A stretch of 64,000 nt of DNA, taken from assembly GCA_973895155.1 (NCBI GenBank), contig OZ316892.1, forward strand, positions 28,420,307 to 28,484,306, given 5' to 3'. The notes beneath the pieces were generated by a model. That model worked only from the letters and a program-made list of their open reading frames with translations. It did not search any database and was not told the origin of the DNA. Source of the stretch: Marsupella aquatica (taxonomy: Eukaryota > Plantae > Marchantiophyta). Both the position numbers and the translations under genes were made by a program. Positions within the stretch are counted from its first letter, which is position 1, and each line of letters starts with the position of its first letter. This document shows, piece by piece, positions 35,579 through 47,518 of this stretch.

Positions 35579-38500
35579 TTACTCAGATCCAGAAGTACTC
35601 AATTCATGAAACGAAATATCCCTAGATTGATCTCCTAGTGGGGTTCTAGCTGATCCATTCTCTTGTTCTTGCTCTTTCTCTTCTGCCAAAAATTCAGTCA
35701 ACCGGATTTTGATTCGATCTACTGTCTTTTTGTACAATGTATCAGATTTTGTCAACATGAAATTGTAAGCAAAAACAGTAGTTGAAGATAAATCAAGCTC
35801 TTGGTGAAACCATATTGGTTTCAAAGTTCCTTTCCCACGACCACTTTTCTTCTTTTCGTAGTCTAAGACTTCTGGTAAGTACTTGGCTTTCCAAGGATCT
35901 GACCCGGTTTTTGCAGCATGCCATAAAACATAAATCATTTTTGGAATGTTGAACTCGTCGCGCTGGTCAATTCTTTCCACCTTGGCCACCCAAAATGTTT
36001 CCGATTCTTCTCCAGCAACAGAAATATAAGTGTTGACTTCAAGATCCGAAAAGTCTCCTTCCATATTCTCCTTCTCTGCATCTATCTTTCCTTGATTTCG
36101 ATAAGGACCCACGTATATATCTCTGGTAGGTCCGTATACTCTCTCTTCAATTTCCTCTTCATTGACAAGGACTCTGGGAACTTCAGCAGCAACAGCAATC
36201 TCCCCTTGGGAACGTGGCCATTGAAAAGGGAAAATCAATGGTCTTTGATCAAGGAGCAAGGATTTATTCAATTCCCGCTGCTCTTCGAAAAACATTCTCC
36301 ACCAGTTCACTTCCTCTTCTGAGAATAAAGTTTCAACTGCAAGTATTCCCTTTTGAATCTCATTTAACGAATTATCCATCTCCTTCAAAGTCATTCTTGA
36401 AGAACTAGACATATTTGGTTGAGTCCTTGTAACGTTCTTATCCCCCTTTTCTGGCTCCTCTTCCCTCAAAAATTTCACACCTCTGTCAGGTTTCCAAGTT
36501 GAGTTTGTGGAAAACTTCTTCCCCCATTGGGTTGGAACTTGATCTTCCAACTTGTCAAATGCAAATTTGTACTGGTGGTGGAAGGTAACATTTCGAATCC
36601 TTTCAATGACTAAAGGTGGATCTGAGAAGGCATATTGACGGAAATCATATGTTTCCTTTAAAAGAGTGATATTTGGTTGGGGTTGATATGATTCACAAAT
36701 AATATCACATAGGCTTTCGTATGTGAATGCCTTAAACCTTGCTAGTCGTTTAGAAAATCGACTGAACATTTGATCTATTTGGTCGTGTGTGTGTCCAACC
36801 AACAAGAATCCTAGTTTGATTTTCCGAAAAACCTTTCTTCGAATCAACATATGAAGAAGAGTAAATTATTTTTATTTTCTCTACTGGTATTATCAAGTTG
36901 AAGATAGAGAACAGGCGGCAAGCCACCAGGCTTTTCTTCCCATTCGTGAAACACCCTTTGCAGGATTGTGACTGTCAAGTTTCCATCATTATGCAATACA
37001 GGATAATTAAGAAACACTTTTGAAAATAGTGCACCATTGAAAACCAAGCATCCAACAATGTGCATTTGGATCAAACATGTTTCGTCCACCGATTTTGGGG
37101 GCCGCGGCCAATGAGGCAACCTTGTCTTCTTCTGATCCATCCCATCAATGACAACTCCCAAATATTTATCAGGATTTGAAAAACATTTCTTACGATGCTT
37201 CGCGAGTTTCTCACGTTCTTTGGATTGTTGGTCTCTATGTTTTTGTAACATAATCTCCCCTCGCCCTAGAAAAACAACTTGTTAGTTTCTTAAAAAAAAT
37301 AGAAATCATGTGCTTAGCCATATTCTTCAAACAAAAAACTTGTCAAACTTGTAGGTAACTTACTCTTTTCGGTCTCCGAGACAGCTTTGTCCCGAATTGA
37401 TTTGAACTCCTCGCAATCCGCGCAAGCACTGAATCGATTGATTGGAGGAACCTTCACATGACCAAATTCTTGAAGCCAAACTTTCAAGAATTGTCGATAG
37501 GATATTTTTGATGATTCATCAATCCTGGCATAGTTGGAGTCGTAGATCTTCCATACCTCCTGCTTTGAATAATTATCCGGTAAATGTGAAACTTCTTTAT
37601 TTGGCAATATTTCCACACGTGTAGACCTCAAAAAACGACCTAAGCCAACTGACCAAGACTAATCTTTTAACAGATGGAGGGCGTCCAACTGGTTTAGAAT
37701 ATCCTAAGTCTTGGTTGTCTAATTTCAAAATTCTATTTAATCTCTGATTGCCAACGCAAAATATAAGCTTGCTTTTTGACAAATGCTCTTTTGACCAAAC
37801 GTGTAAGATATAGTCTGCCTCCCTCCTCCCTGGGCCCTCACTCCGTGCAAAAGAAGTGGACCCCCCTACGATCGGGCCCTTTTTGTGTTTACCCCTTGTT
37901 ATTTCCATTTTACCATTAAAATTTCCCTTATTACCAGTAATAATTATAATTATTAGTTCAAAATGAATAAAAACTATCCTTCGAGGGTTCACACGTCCTC
38001 CATGTATTAGTTAAGACTGAGGGCCCAGGGTCCCTCCTTCATTTCCGTCTTGCTTTATAAGCCATTGCAAAGATAAAGATCGATCCTGAGATTTTTGCCT
38101 CAAAAATTTAGAACGCGCCTCATGAATTTCTTTCGGAGATAGACTTAGGAGACAATGACACTGACAACAATACTTACTATTTGTTTTCTTGATATCCTCC
38201 TCTTTCAACTTTGTTTCACACAAAGTGGCGTTGCTCATACGTTTGTAATGACTAGATGCCACCGGAACATCATCCTCCTCACTCTCCAAAGACTCGCTAT
38301 CCTTTGATGATGAAATGGTCACCAACATTTCCTTCTGAACATCCCGAGATTCCAGACCTGCAGCCTTTGGAGATGGAGGCTCTTCCTTCACTCTATGCAG
38401 CCTTGGAATACTTGGGCGTATTTCATAAATCCCTCCATTACCGTGTAGGGAACCTTTCAATATTTTCCTACTAAGGGGCCCTCTCCACCAGGTTGGTTTC

Positions 38501-39124
38501 CCTGTTTGAGTTTCCATGACTTGATCCGCTCCCTGCCCCAACACCATGACTCCCAGGAAAAAATGAGGAACACACATTAGAATTCCTTTATGGAATACTT
38601 TTCAATAACACTGGTCGTCTAGTTTCTTCCCTCATCCCCCTGTGAAATGTTTCCAACGTTGGCTTACCAAAGGTTTTACTTTTTGGCATTTGCTTCAGCC
38701 GCTGAACACTTTGGAGACTGCAAAAATCTTTGTCATTTTCCCCACTTAGTGCCTTCTTTGTCTTTCCAAATCCAGTCTTCATGAATTCATGAGACCGTGT
38801 CCCATACATCCGAATAGGCATTGAACCTTCCACATTACTCCCCAATTTGTCCTTTGTTGGTGACAAAGGAGATACAACTTGACGTCCAGGGGGACCAATA
38901 ATCTCCAAGGAGTCAGAGGAGCTCCCTGACCTCTCCATACCACCGACCAATGATTTCTTCCCACTAATTGCAAGTCGTAAAGGAGTACTTTTTAACTTGC
39001 TCATAGGGGTGGGGGGTGGCATATCTAAAATAGTAGTTATTCCAGGGATATATGGGCCAACCACTATGCAGGGGCCATCCGGCAATGAAACATCATCAGA
39101 TACTCCATCTGAATAATTAATCAT
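35579..39124 (-). pseudogene. Sola-like transposase (spliced, frameshifted)
   Basis: YCCQCHC, FSACADC, VIDGMDQKKTRLPH, LQLDNTSRENKNN, FLLVGHTHDQIDQMFS; same motif order as the 11547-15338 transposase. Confidence 0.85.
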
Positions 39125-39241
39125 CTGATTTGTAACATGCCGCCATTGGAAAAACTAATGCAAATTGACAAGAAACTCAAAAAATCAGTAAAATCTAACA
39201 AATCTCCTCAAAATAATGACCAAGAGTCATGAATAAACAAG

Positions 39242-39252
39242 CCTATTTATAG
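39242..39252 (-). promoter_or_regulatory. Candidate TATA box of the transposase gene
   Basis: CTATAAATAGG on the minus strand ~120 bp upstream of the first transposase ORF. Confidence 0.4.
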
Positions 39253-39396
39253 TTTTTCACGGATTGTTGGGACTTCTTAACTTCAAAAATATCAAATATT
39301 CAAGAAATTTACAAACTTTTTCCCGTTAATACCCCAAAATATTCATGAATAATTGGCCCAAAAACATTGATTTATCATGATTCGGGGTTAATTTTA

Positions 39397-42300
39397 CTAA
39401 GTCACGCCTGATACGTGATTAGTATGTATAACCAAGTAACACGGGGCAGCCCATTCATTTTCACTCGATGTCATTTGGATTTCCTTTGTAAAAGAGTGAA
39501 AAACAATCTCGTTGTCCAATTTCGTGTCGTTTTCCCCGGACTTGGTTACATTGGCCTCTCCACATACTGTATTGCCGTGCAGCACATACAAATTCTTCTG
39601 TCTGCTCCCCTTCAAAATCACTGTCTCTTCCGACATGACTTGAAGTTCACCATCAATTACTCGCCATTGATGACCATTTGTATCCAACACACCGAGTGAA
39701 ATCAAATTCTTACGCATGCCAAGTACAAACCTAACTCCGGACACTATGCGCACAATGCCATCAAACATTTGAATATTTACAGATCGAATACCCTCAACTC
39801 GACAGGAGTGATCATTTCCCATCAAAACTGAACCGTTTGACACAGAATAAGAATTGAAATACTCACGAATGTAACAAAAATGTGAAAGGAGCAAGCACAA
39901 TCAAGAATCCACACATCATTTGCTCTCCTAGATGAAGTGCACAGGGCATACTCTTGGCTTCATAAAACATACTCATCATTGAGTAAATCAGCTTCTCCAT
40001 CAGCACTAGCCACATTGGCTGATGAAGATTCAGCTGCCTTACCCTTACAATCCCTCTTAACGTGACCAACCTTGTGACACTTCCAGCAAACTACTGGCTT
40101 TCTCTTCTGGGACTTCCCCCTTGAAGCAAATCTTGTCCTAGATTTACTTGTTCCCATGCCCTGTGTGTGCTGCTCTGGACGCTTTTGTGACCTCCCACGA
40201 TTCACATTCAAGGCAGCACCAGACGACGATGATGGCTCAGAGGGCATGGTCAATTTCTGCTGCAAGTCATCAGTCAACAGAACTTCATTGTAAGTGATAG
40301 TCTTTTTGTCACAATGAAGCAGCACTCGTGACAATGACTGATACGATGAGGGTAAAGAGCTAAGCAAGTGAAGAGCCTGTCGCTCATCACGCAAATCCTC
40401 CCCCTGATTTTGCAAATCAACGACCAGATCATTAAAACCATCGATATGGTCCTGAATCTTTGCACTTCCCTCCTTCATCTTGAAGCTCATAAGCTTCAAA
40501 GATGTGTAGAGCCGATTCGATAGCTCCTTTTGATGGTACTTTTTCTCCAATGCGGCAAACAATGATGCACAATCGACATGGTCTGCCAAACTGCTTGATA
40601 ACATTAGGCTGAAGATAGAGCATCACGATGCTCACAGCCTGCTCCTACATATCCTGCCAGTCATCATTGTCGACATCATTTGGCTGGTCCTTCAACAATT
40701 TCCCAAGCCCGGTCGCACGAAGTACCCCCTTCACTTGTCGCTCCCACAACAAGTAGTCCGTGCGGCCATCGTATTTCGTAACCTCAAACTTGGGACCTCC
40801 AAGCTTGATTGTCCCCATCCTTTTTCTTGTCACTCGCCGCAATACCGGTGACCACAATTCCACTAGATCTTCCGCTTCCTCCTCTGTTCTCTCCGGTGAC
40901 TCAACAGAACCCTCCTCCAAGTCACTCATGTGAGAAATCAAGAAAAAATGATGTTTTTCTCAACTTCTCAAAAAACTCAAAAGTTATCACCACCACGTAG
41001 CCCACAAGCCTAGCTTTCCAACGCTGAAAACCAGAATCAAAACCGAACTCTGACGTAAAAGTTATTCACTTTTCGGTCGGGGTGGGTAAAACTTGGAATT
41101 CTCCCCCGTTTTGACCACCTCAGAGAATAACCAAAAAGTGAACTAGTACCCAACGTCGGAAATGCAATTCAATTTTTGCACTGCGTTGCCAACCCTGATG
41201 GCTAGCAACTTGCCAAAGACGAACGAAAAAAGTTACCGTTTGGAGGACGGAATCTTTGACGGACGGACACAAAATAGCTCTCTGGTTTTTTGGAATATTC
41301 TACGACCCTTGTACAGGCCCGGTGAGGATTTTGGAAGAGCAATCGAGGGGTTGACACGTGTCCTCGAACCCGCAAAACCCCCTACCACCCTTCGTCGTCG
41401 AAATATGGTCGCGCGATCAGAAAATACACACGGCATAATCTACCCCTCGACACCAACCGCAAGATATCTCACTCGGGTTTTGACAAAATTAAGATCGATA
41501 TAAGAAGCACCCAAAACAAGGAAAGAACAAGGGAGAAACAAATTGATAAAGATGACAGATTTCTCTCAATTGCCATAGCCAATTTCGAATCAGTTTTTCA
41601 AAGAGAAAAAAATGGTACCTTGTCAACAACGAATGTTGAGGAATTGCACTTGGTGTCGTCACCAAATCCAACAAGGTAATTGATTTTTCTTAGCCTTCCT
41701 CTTCGCATCAAGAGCCAATCCCGAACTCAAAACAATCGTTTTGCCTCAATCTCTCCGTTGAGTCAAAAACTTGATGCTTCTCCCTCCGAGTCGATTGCAA
41801 CGACAAGAAACCCCGCTCAGGCAAAAGAGGACTCCATAGCCGGTCAGAAAATCAGAATGCTCCTTTTGCTCGTTGCGACGCACTCGTTACACACTCGACA
41901 ACAAACCATCTACCAAAACGATCAGCTCGTCCCAATCTACAAGCAGAGCTACAACATGCGACGCCTCCTTCGCCGTAGAGCTCACATCGTCGAGAAAACA
42001 AACTCTGGTCCCTCCTCCAAACAACCGTCAAACACGAATGTTGCCGACTTTCTTCACAAAATCTAGAACGATAAAAACTTAGATCTCTCCGCACCACGAG
42101 CTCCGTTCAGCAATTTCTTCACACTGTTAGAAAGCCCTTGCCCTGATCTATCCGTTGAGCCCATAAACTCCAAGTTCCATGCGATGGAACTCCGGGAAAT
42201 CCACCGACACTCAACGCTGGAAAAAACCATCACGAACACCCGTCACGAACACACGTCACCTCCCAGGCATGCTCTCATACCAATTGTTGAGCATAGACGA

Positions 42301-42627
42301 CAATTGCAACGGTAAGCACATGACAAATCCAACGCTCAAGTAGTCGACACAAGAGATACGTGGTTCACCTCCTCGAGGCTACGTCCATGGGAACACACAA
42401 GAGAGCTTTACTGAACTCTAAGCCCGTCGACTATACCAAGTCTCCACAGTGTAAGCTCTCATCATCTCTCAAGTGGCCCCATAACAATGAGCCTAAGTTC
42501 CACTTATCCAAGCAAACACTGCTTGGCATATAGTGTGCATCCTAGTTAACCTAACCACGTCTTCGACTATGGTTAGCCTAACTACGGTTACATGCCATAA
42601 CCCTAGACCATGAGTAAATACCTAACA
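39397..42627 (-). mobile_element. Truncated Ty1/Copia retrotransposon (5' LTR 42285-42627, PBS, gag-protease remnant)
   Basis: LTR TGTTAGG...TCAACA; PBS TGGTATGAGAGC (tRNA-iMet-like, 42271-42282); KFEVTKYDGRTDYLLW, zinc knuckle CWKCHKVGHVKRDC, VLMGND...NLISLG; no RT or 3' LTR. Confidence 0.9.
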
Positions 42628-44074
42628 GATAGCGTGGTTGACGATGCCACAATTGTTCCAGAATTGACGGTAGGGACTTCCGGAACCGAGGAAGGGGAAG
42701 CGGTCCCTTTGGATTAGACTAGGTAAATAGAGGGACTCGTAGCGTTTGAGACCACTTGGGCTTAAGTTGGGTTATATTTTGTAAAACTTTGAGTTTGACT
42801 TAAACTCTGATCGATGAGTTTGATTTTGACTACTTTTATAAAGTACATATTTCAAGGTTTATACAATTGTGAGAGTATCATATATGATATGCTTAGATTT
42901 TGGTGGTAAAATTCTCTTGAGTCTAGTTTGGAAAATACATACCATTTTTTTTGGTACACATTTTTGAATATCATGAAGATTTTGAAAAGAGAAATAAGGC
43001 TTTGGACTCATCCCTTAAGGCTTCTTGTTTATTCTGGAGATTCTCTCCCTAAGATACCTTATTCTCTTTCATGAATTCATGAAGGGGCTACCACCTGGGA
43101 AAGTGAGAAACCAAAAGCTTCATGAATTCATGAAGCCCAAAACTGGTTGTGACAAAATACAAAGGGCAAAGACTATGTTGCAAGCTAAGTGACCTACAAA
43201 GCGTGAGGGTAGCCAATTGGCTATGGCAAAGGAGGCTGCAGCCTGGAGAGGGCTATTGGCCCTCACTTAAGCTCAAGTCGCATCAAGGTGCTATCATCAG
43301 CTGCCGATTGAGGTCAGGCCTAATTTATGGTCTGGGAACGACTGCTAATCTCTGCTCTCACCTTCAAAATCCTGAAGCTGAAATTTTGAATTCCTGGGCT
43401 GATGTTGATGCTTTGATTGCTTAGATTTTATTGCTGGATTTCAACTGAGTGTTGGACTTCGATTTCTCAGATTTGGTGACTGATTGAGTTTCTACTGTGA
43501 TTGACTGCTGCTTGAATTAGCTGTGGTAGACTCTGATTAGATGAGACAGATTCCAATTAGGGGAGATAGCCACAAAGGATCAGGGATAATCTGTGAAAAA
43601 TTGAGCTTGAGAGCTAGATCTCAATCGAGCAGGCCTAAGGATTGAAGGGGGAGCGAGTGGAGGATGGGAGAGGGAGCAAGATAGATTGGAATGGGATTGA
43701 TAAGGATTGGAAGGAGACTGGAAGGGGGACCATTTAGGGATTGGAGGAGGGTGGACGATCGACCGTCAGGGGAACAATCAACCATCAGAGGGGGATGGAG
43801 CACCGGAGGATGGCAGTCTAGCATCAGGGGGATGATCAAACATTGGAGGGGGAGCGGTAAAAGATTGGGGGGAGGGTTTAGGATTGGGGAAGGGTTTCAC
43901 TAATCAGGGACCGGGGGAGGGCCGATCGGGAATTAAGATTGATCCAGGGAGGATTAAGGGTTGACCAGGGTTGGTCTGGGTCAAAAATTAATGAGTCCAA
44001 GGTGGGTGGATTGGGAGCAGAAGCAAAGAGAACTATCGAGCTTGGGGCAACTGACTGGAGGGAGCTAGGAGGAT

Positions 44075-44377
44075 CTCGGGGTCCTCACTTCTTTTCTTTC
44101 GACCCATCACGCGCAAATTAGTATAGGGTTTTTTATTGGGTTTAGTAAAATACTTTTAAATTTTTGATGAAGAACATTAGGGTTATTTTAATCCAATTTT
44201 GAGAATTCCAAGAATCATAGGGTTTTTTTAAATCAAATTTGAGAATATTCTTGGAATATTCCATTAAGTTATGGGTAAAAAATACTAAAAAAACTTTATT
44301 AACTTAACTTTTAGGGTGTTTATTCCCCCAAAACTTCAAGTATGATATGAGACACCCATTGGATTGAGGCCCCCGAG
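44075..44377. mobile_element. Uninterrupted CTCGGGG-type MITE (303 bp)
   Basis: TIR CTCGGGGTCCTCA / TGAGGCCCCCGAG; flanks AGGAGGAT/GGGAGGAT (7/8). Confidence 0.9.
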
Positions 44378-44619
44378 GGGAGGATCAGGTCGCTTCTTTC
44401 AGGTGAGAACCTGGCTTCATGATTTCATGAAGCCAAGTGGCTGCCCAAAATATAACTCTATGTACATTTCAATATTGGTATGGATCAGGAGAGTGAGGAG
44501 GACGTTAAGCGCAGTAGAGTAGTCATAGGGTGCAACAAAAGATGTAACTATTGAGCTAGCTCGGATTGAAGCAAGGATCTTCTAGAAGTGGAGAGGAGGT
44601 TAGAGAAGCCTTAGATTAA

Positions 44620-44949
44620 TTGAGTTGCATTGTATTTAGAGATTTAGTGGACCTAGATGTACACCTACAATGGATAGTGGCCAGCATTCTACTTAAGATT
44701 TTGAGTTTGCACAAACTCAGATCAAAGACTGTAAATTTTATGTCTGTAATTAAGTATGGATTTGTTGTTTTTGGCAATTGTGAAAATGATGTTGAAAATA
44801 TCCCAAGATTTTCATTGAAAGAATTATAATAGCAAAGTTCACAAAACATGTTTCATTTTTATATGTTTTTTTAAAGCACTTTTGGAAAAATCATGAAAAT
44901 CTTGAAAAGGGAATTCAGGCCTTGGACTCATCCCTTAAGGCTCCATGTT
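44620..44949. mobile_element. Orphan right end of a related Sola-like element
   Basis: Similar to ~42740-43029, ending GGACTCATCCCTTAAGGCTCCATGTT; no partner TIR found. Confidence 0.55.
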
Positions 44950-47518
44950 ACTGACAGGTCATGCATAAACCAGGATATCATTACAGTATTGCAATAACCA
45001 ATAATCGGGTATTTACAAACGACAGGAAACAGCAAACAGTAACAGGAAACAGAAACCGGTAACAGGAAAATAAGTGATAATTTTTTTGAATGTTTTTTGA
45101 ATATTTTTTTTGAAATTTTTTTTTGCTAGCGCCCAAAGCTAGCCAAAAAATGTTGTAATTTAATTTTTTTGGGAAAATGTGACTTTTTAGAAAATATTTT
45201 GACATGGTTATTTTTCCTAGTAACCGTAACTTTTTGGTGGTAACAGGAAAATTTTTGCTGGTATGAGTAAACTTGTTTCCTGCTTACTGTCATGCCTGCC
45301 ATATTGTGATGAAGAACCCAAAAATAATTGAAGTTTCACTTCCCACTGGTCTGCACAATCCAGGATGTCACTTAGAGTATTGCAATAACGTGACACTAAC
45401 CCTGAGCACCTATGTTTGTACTTGGGGGGTTTTTAAGGTCTAGGGCCTAACCATTAGCACTTATGTTAGCAGGTAGCCAACCTTATGGAACTTAACAAGA
45501 GTTTTTTTTAAGGTTTAGGGCAGGTAGCCACGGTGGCAACCTCATGGAACAAGCTCTCAGGATGGGTGGCATCCTCTCCCGCCCTCCTATTTTGCAGTTT
45601 CTTTGGGGCAGTAAATGCCACGGGACTGTTGGAACTTGGGTCGGCAACTACTTCTAACTCAACCGACCGATATTGCATCCAAGGCTCCACAACATGCCAA
45701 GTCCTCCACCAAGTCCCACTCCAAAAATGGGTTTCACGTGTCTCTGATTGGCACTAGGGGTGGTGTCTCAATTGAGATAAGATCCAGCAGAAGATTGCGT
45801 TCTGAAGACTTTCTTATGGCGGCGGACCTTCTGTGGAGTTCAGTCTCCCGCTTCGTTGTTGCTCAACTGGATCATTCTTCTCTCAATTTTTCCGAGATCT
45901 AGATTCACTAGCCTGATTACCAGTTTCTCAAACGTAAATAGATACAAAGTAAAAAATATCTTGCCATCAAAAGATTCTATGCTATTTAGGCTCATTTGTG
46001 CCCATGCCATCCTCTGTTTAAGTTTAATTTTATTTGGAGTCAATTTCACTTTTCTTATTTTGCCTCCATCCTTGTTCTTTGTCCACCCTCATTTTCATTT
46101 TGTCCTTTTGAAGTCTCATGTTCAGTTTTGTTATGTTCGGGAGTTACGGTTTAGAGTCTTTAATTACTGCGGTAATTACTGCCGAGTAGGAGTCTTCACT
46201 TCACTCTAGACCCCGGTTCAATCTGACGGGCACCTTGACGCCTTGTCGGGCACGTCAAATCGTCAAATGACGGCCCGAAAACATGCAATTTGACGTATAT
46301 TCCTGAAGATTCTCCCGAACGAACCCCGACTTCCCCGGACCTTTCGCGAACACCTCCCGAGCACCCCGGACCTGAACCCGAACTCCCCCTGACCCGAACC
46401 CGGACTCCCGGGCCCTTCCCGGACCCTCCCCGGACCCTCCCGGGCCTTTCCCGGAACCTCGCCGGACCCTCCCCCGAACACTCCCCGGACTCTCGGGCCT
46501 TTCCCGGACCCTCCCCGGACCCCCACCCGAACCCTCCCCGGACCCCCACCCGAACCCTGCCCGGACCCTTCCGGGGCCGGCCGGGGTAAAGGTGGCCCGG
46601 GGGACGGGATTCGGGGAACCGGGGACGGGGGGCATTCGGGGAAGAGGATTCGGGGAACCGGGGAAGGGGGGGCGGGAAAGGGGGGCCGGGATTCGGGGAT
46701 TTGGGGAACGGGGTTCGGGGAACGGGGTTCGGGGAACGAGGTAGGGGGTTCGGGGAAGGGGGTTCGGGTAGGGGGTTCGGGGATGCGGGGAACGGGGTTC
46801 GGGGAACGGGGTGCGGGGTTTGGGGAACGGGGTGCGGGGTTCGGGGACGGGGCTCGGGAATTGGTGGCCGGGGAAGAGTTAGAGGCGGGATTAGGGTTAG
46901 GGGCGCGAGATTAGGGTTAAGGGAGGCGCAATTAGGGTTAGGATCAAAGATTAAGAGTTTTAAGAGAGGATAAGAAGTAGATGATTTAGTATAAGTAGGA
47001 ATAACTAATTCATTTCACTAATCCAAAGTCTCATTGTGTTTCTCTCTCTTGTGGTTTAGCATTAGGGAGAGATCGGAGGGATACATTGGAACTCTTGTAC
47101 GCGCATGCTTTGAGCTCGGCTCGGTGTGCGATAATTCGTACGAGAAGTTCCTTATATCGCCTTAACAACTTTGCATCATTGTTTTGTTTGAAAGTGAACT
47201 ACTTGCGAGTAAAGAGATACCCATGTGCATATGCTTAGAGCTTTGGCTCGGTCTATGACATTTCATATGGGTATCACGATTTCTCGTACATATGTTCACT
47301 TCAAAGATAAACTATTGTGAAGTTATAGATATTACATAACATAGGTTGAAGTAGGGATGTTGACAAATATAAGAATTTGGGAAACTTTCCTGCGCATGCT
47401 TTGAGCTTAGGCCCAGTCTGCGATAATTCAGGAAAGTAACCCATTGTACTATATTTGTTATATTCACAAAATCAAAAGAATCAACCCTTTTATTTTTTTA
47501 CCATTGAGAGTCGTAACA

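Larger units (their letters stand above)
35038..43029. mobile_element. Second Sola-like DNA transposon, with Copia insertion and internal deletion
   Basis: TIR AACAAGAAGCCTTAA(AT/GG)GATGAGT at 35038 and inverted copy ending 43029; flanks TTTT/TATT (3/4); transposase inside. Confidence 0.65.

Noticed and set aside
39184-39210. PPT plus start of a Copia 3' LTR (GAGGAGATTTGTTAG on minus)
   Set aside because: Similarity to the LTR stops after ~17 nt and the neighbouring sequence looks like the Sola promoter.
46199-46206. 8-bp TSD of the hAT element
   Set aside because: CTTCACTC versus GACTTAGT at the right end do not match convincingly in any register.
46878-46942. Interstitial telomere (TTAGGG)
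   Set aside because: Only a few interrupted copies, mirrored in the other hAT arm; better read as telo-box-like motifs.
46196-46973. Gly/Pro/Arg-rich ORFs (also 56778-57580 and 10035-10876)
   Set aside because: Low-complexity GC repeats that are open in many frames.
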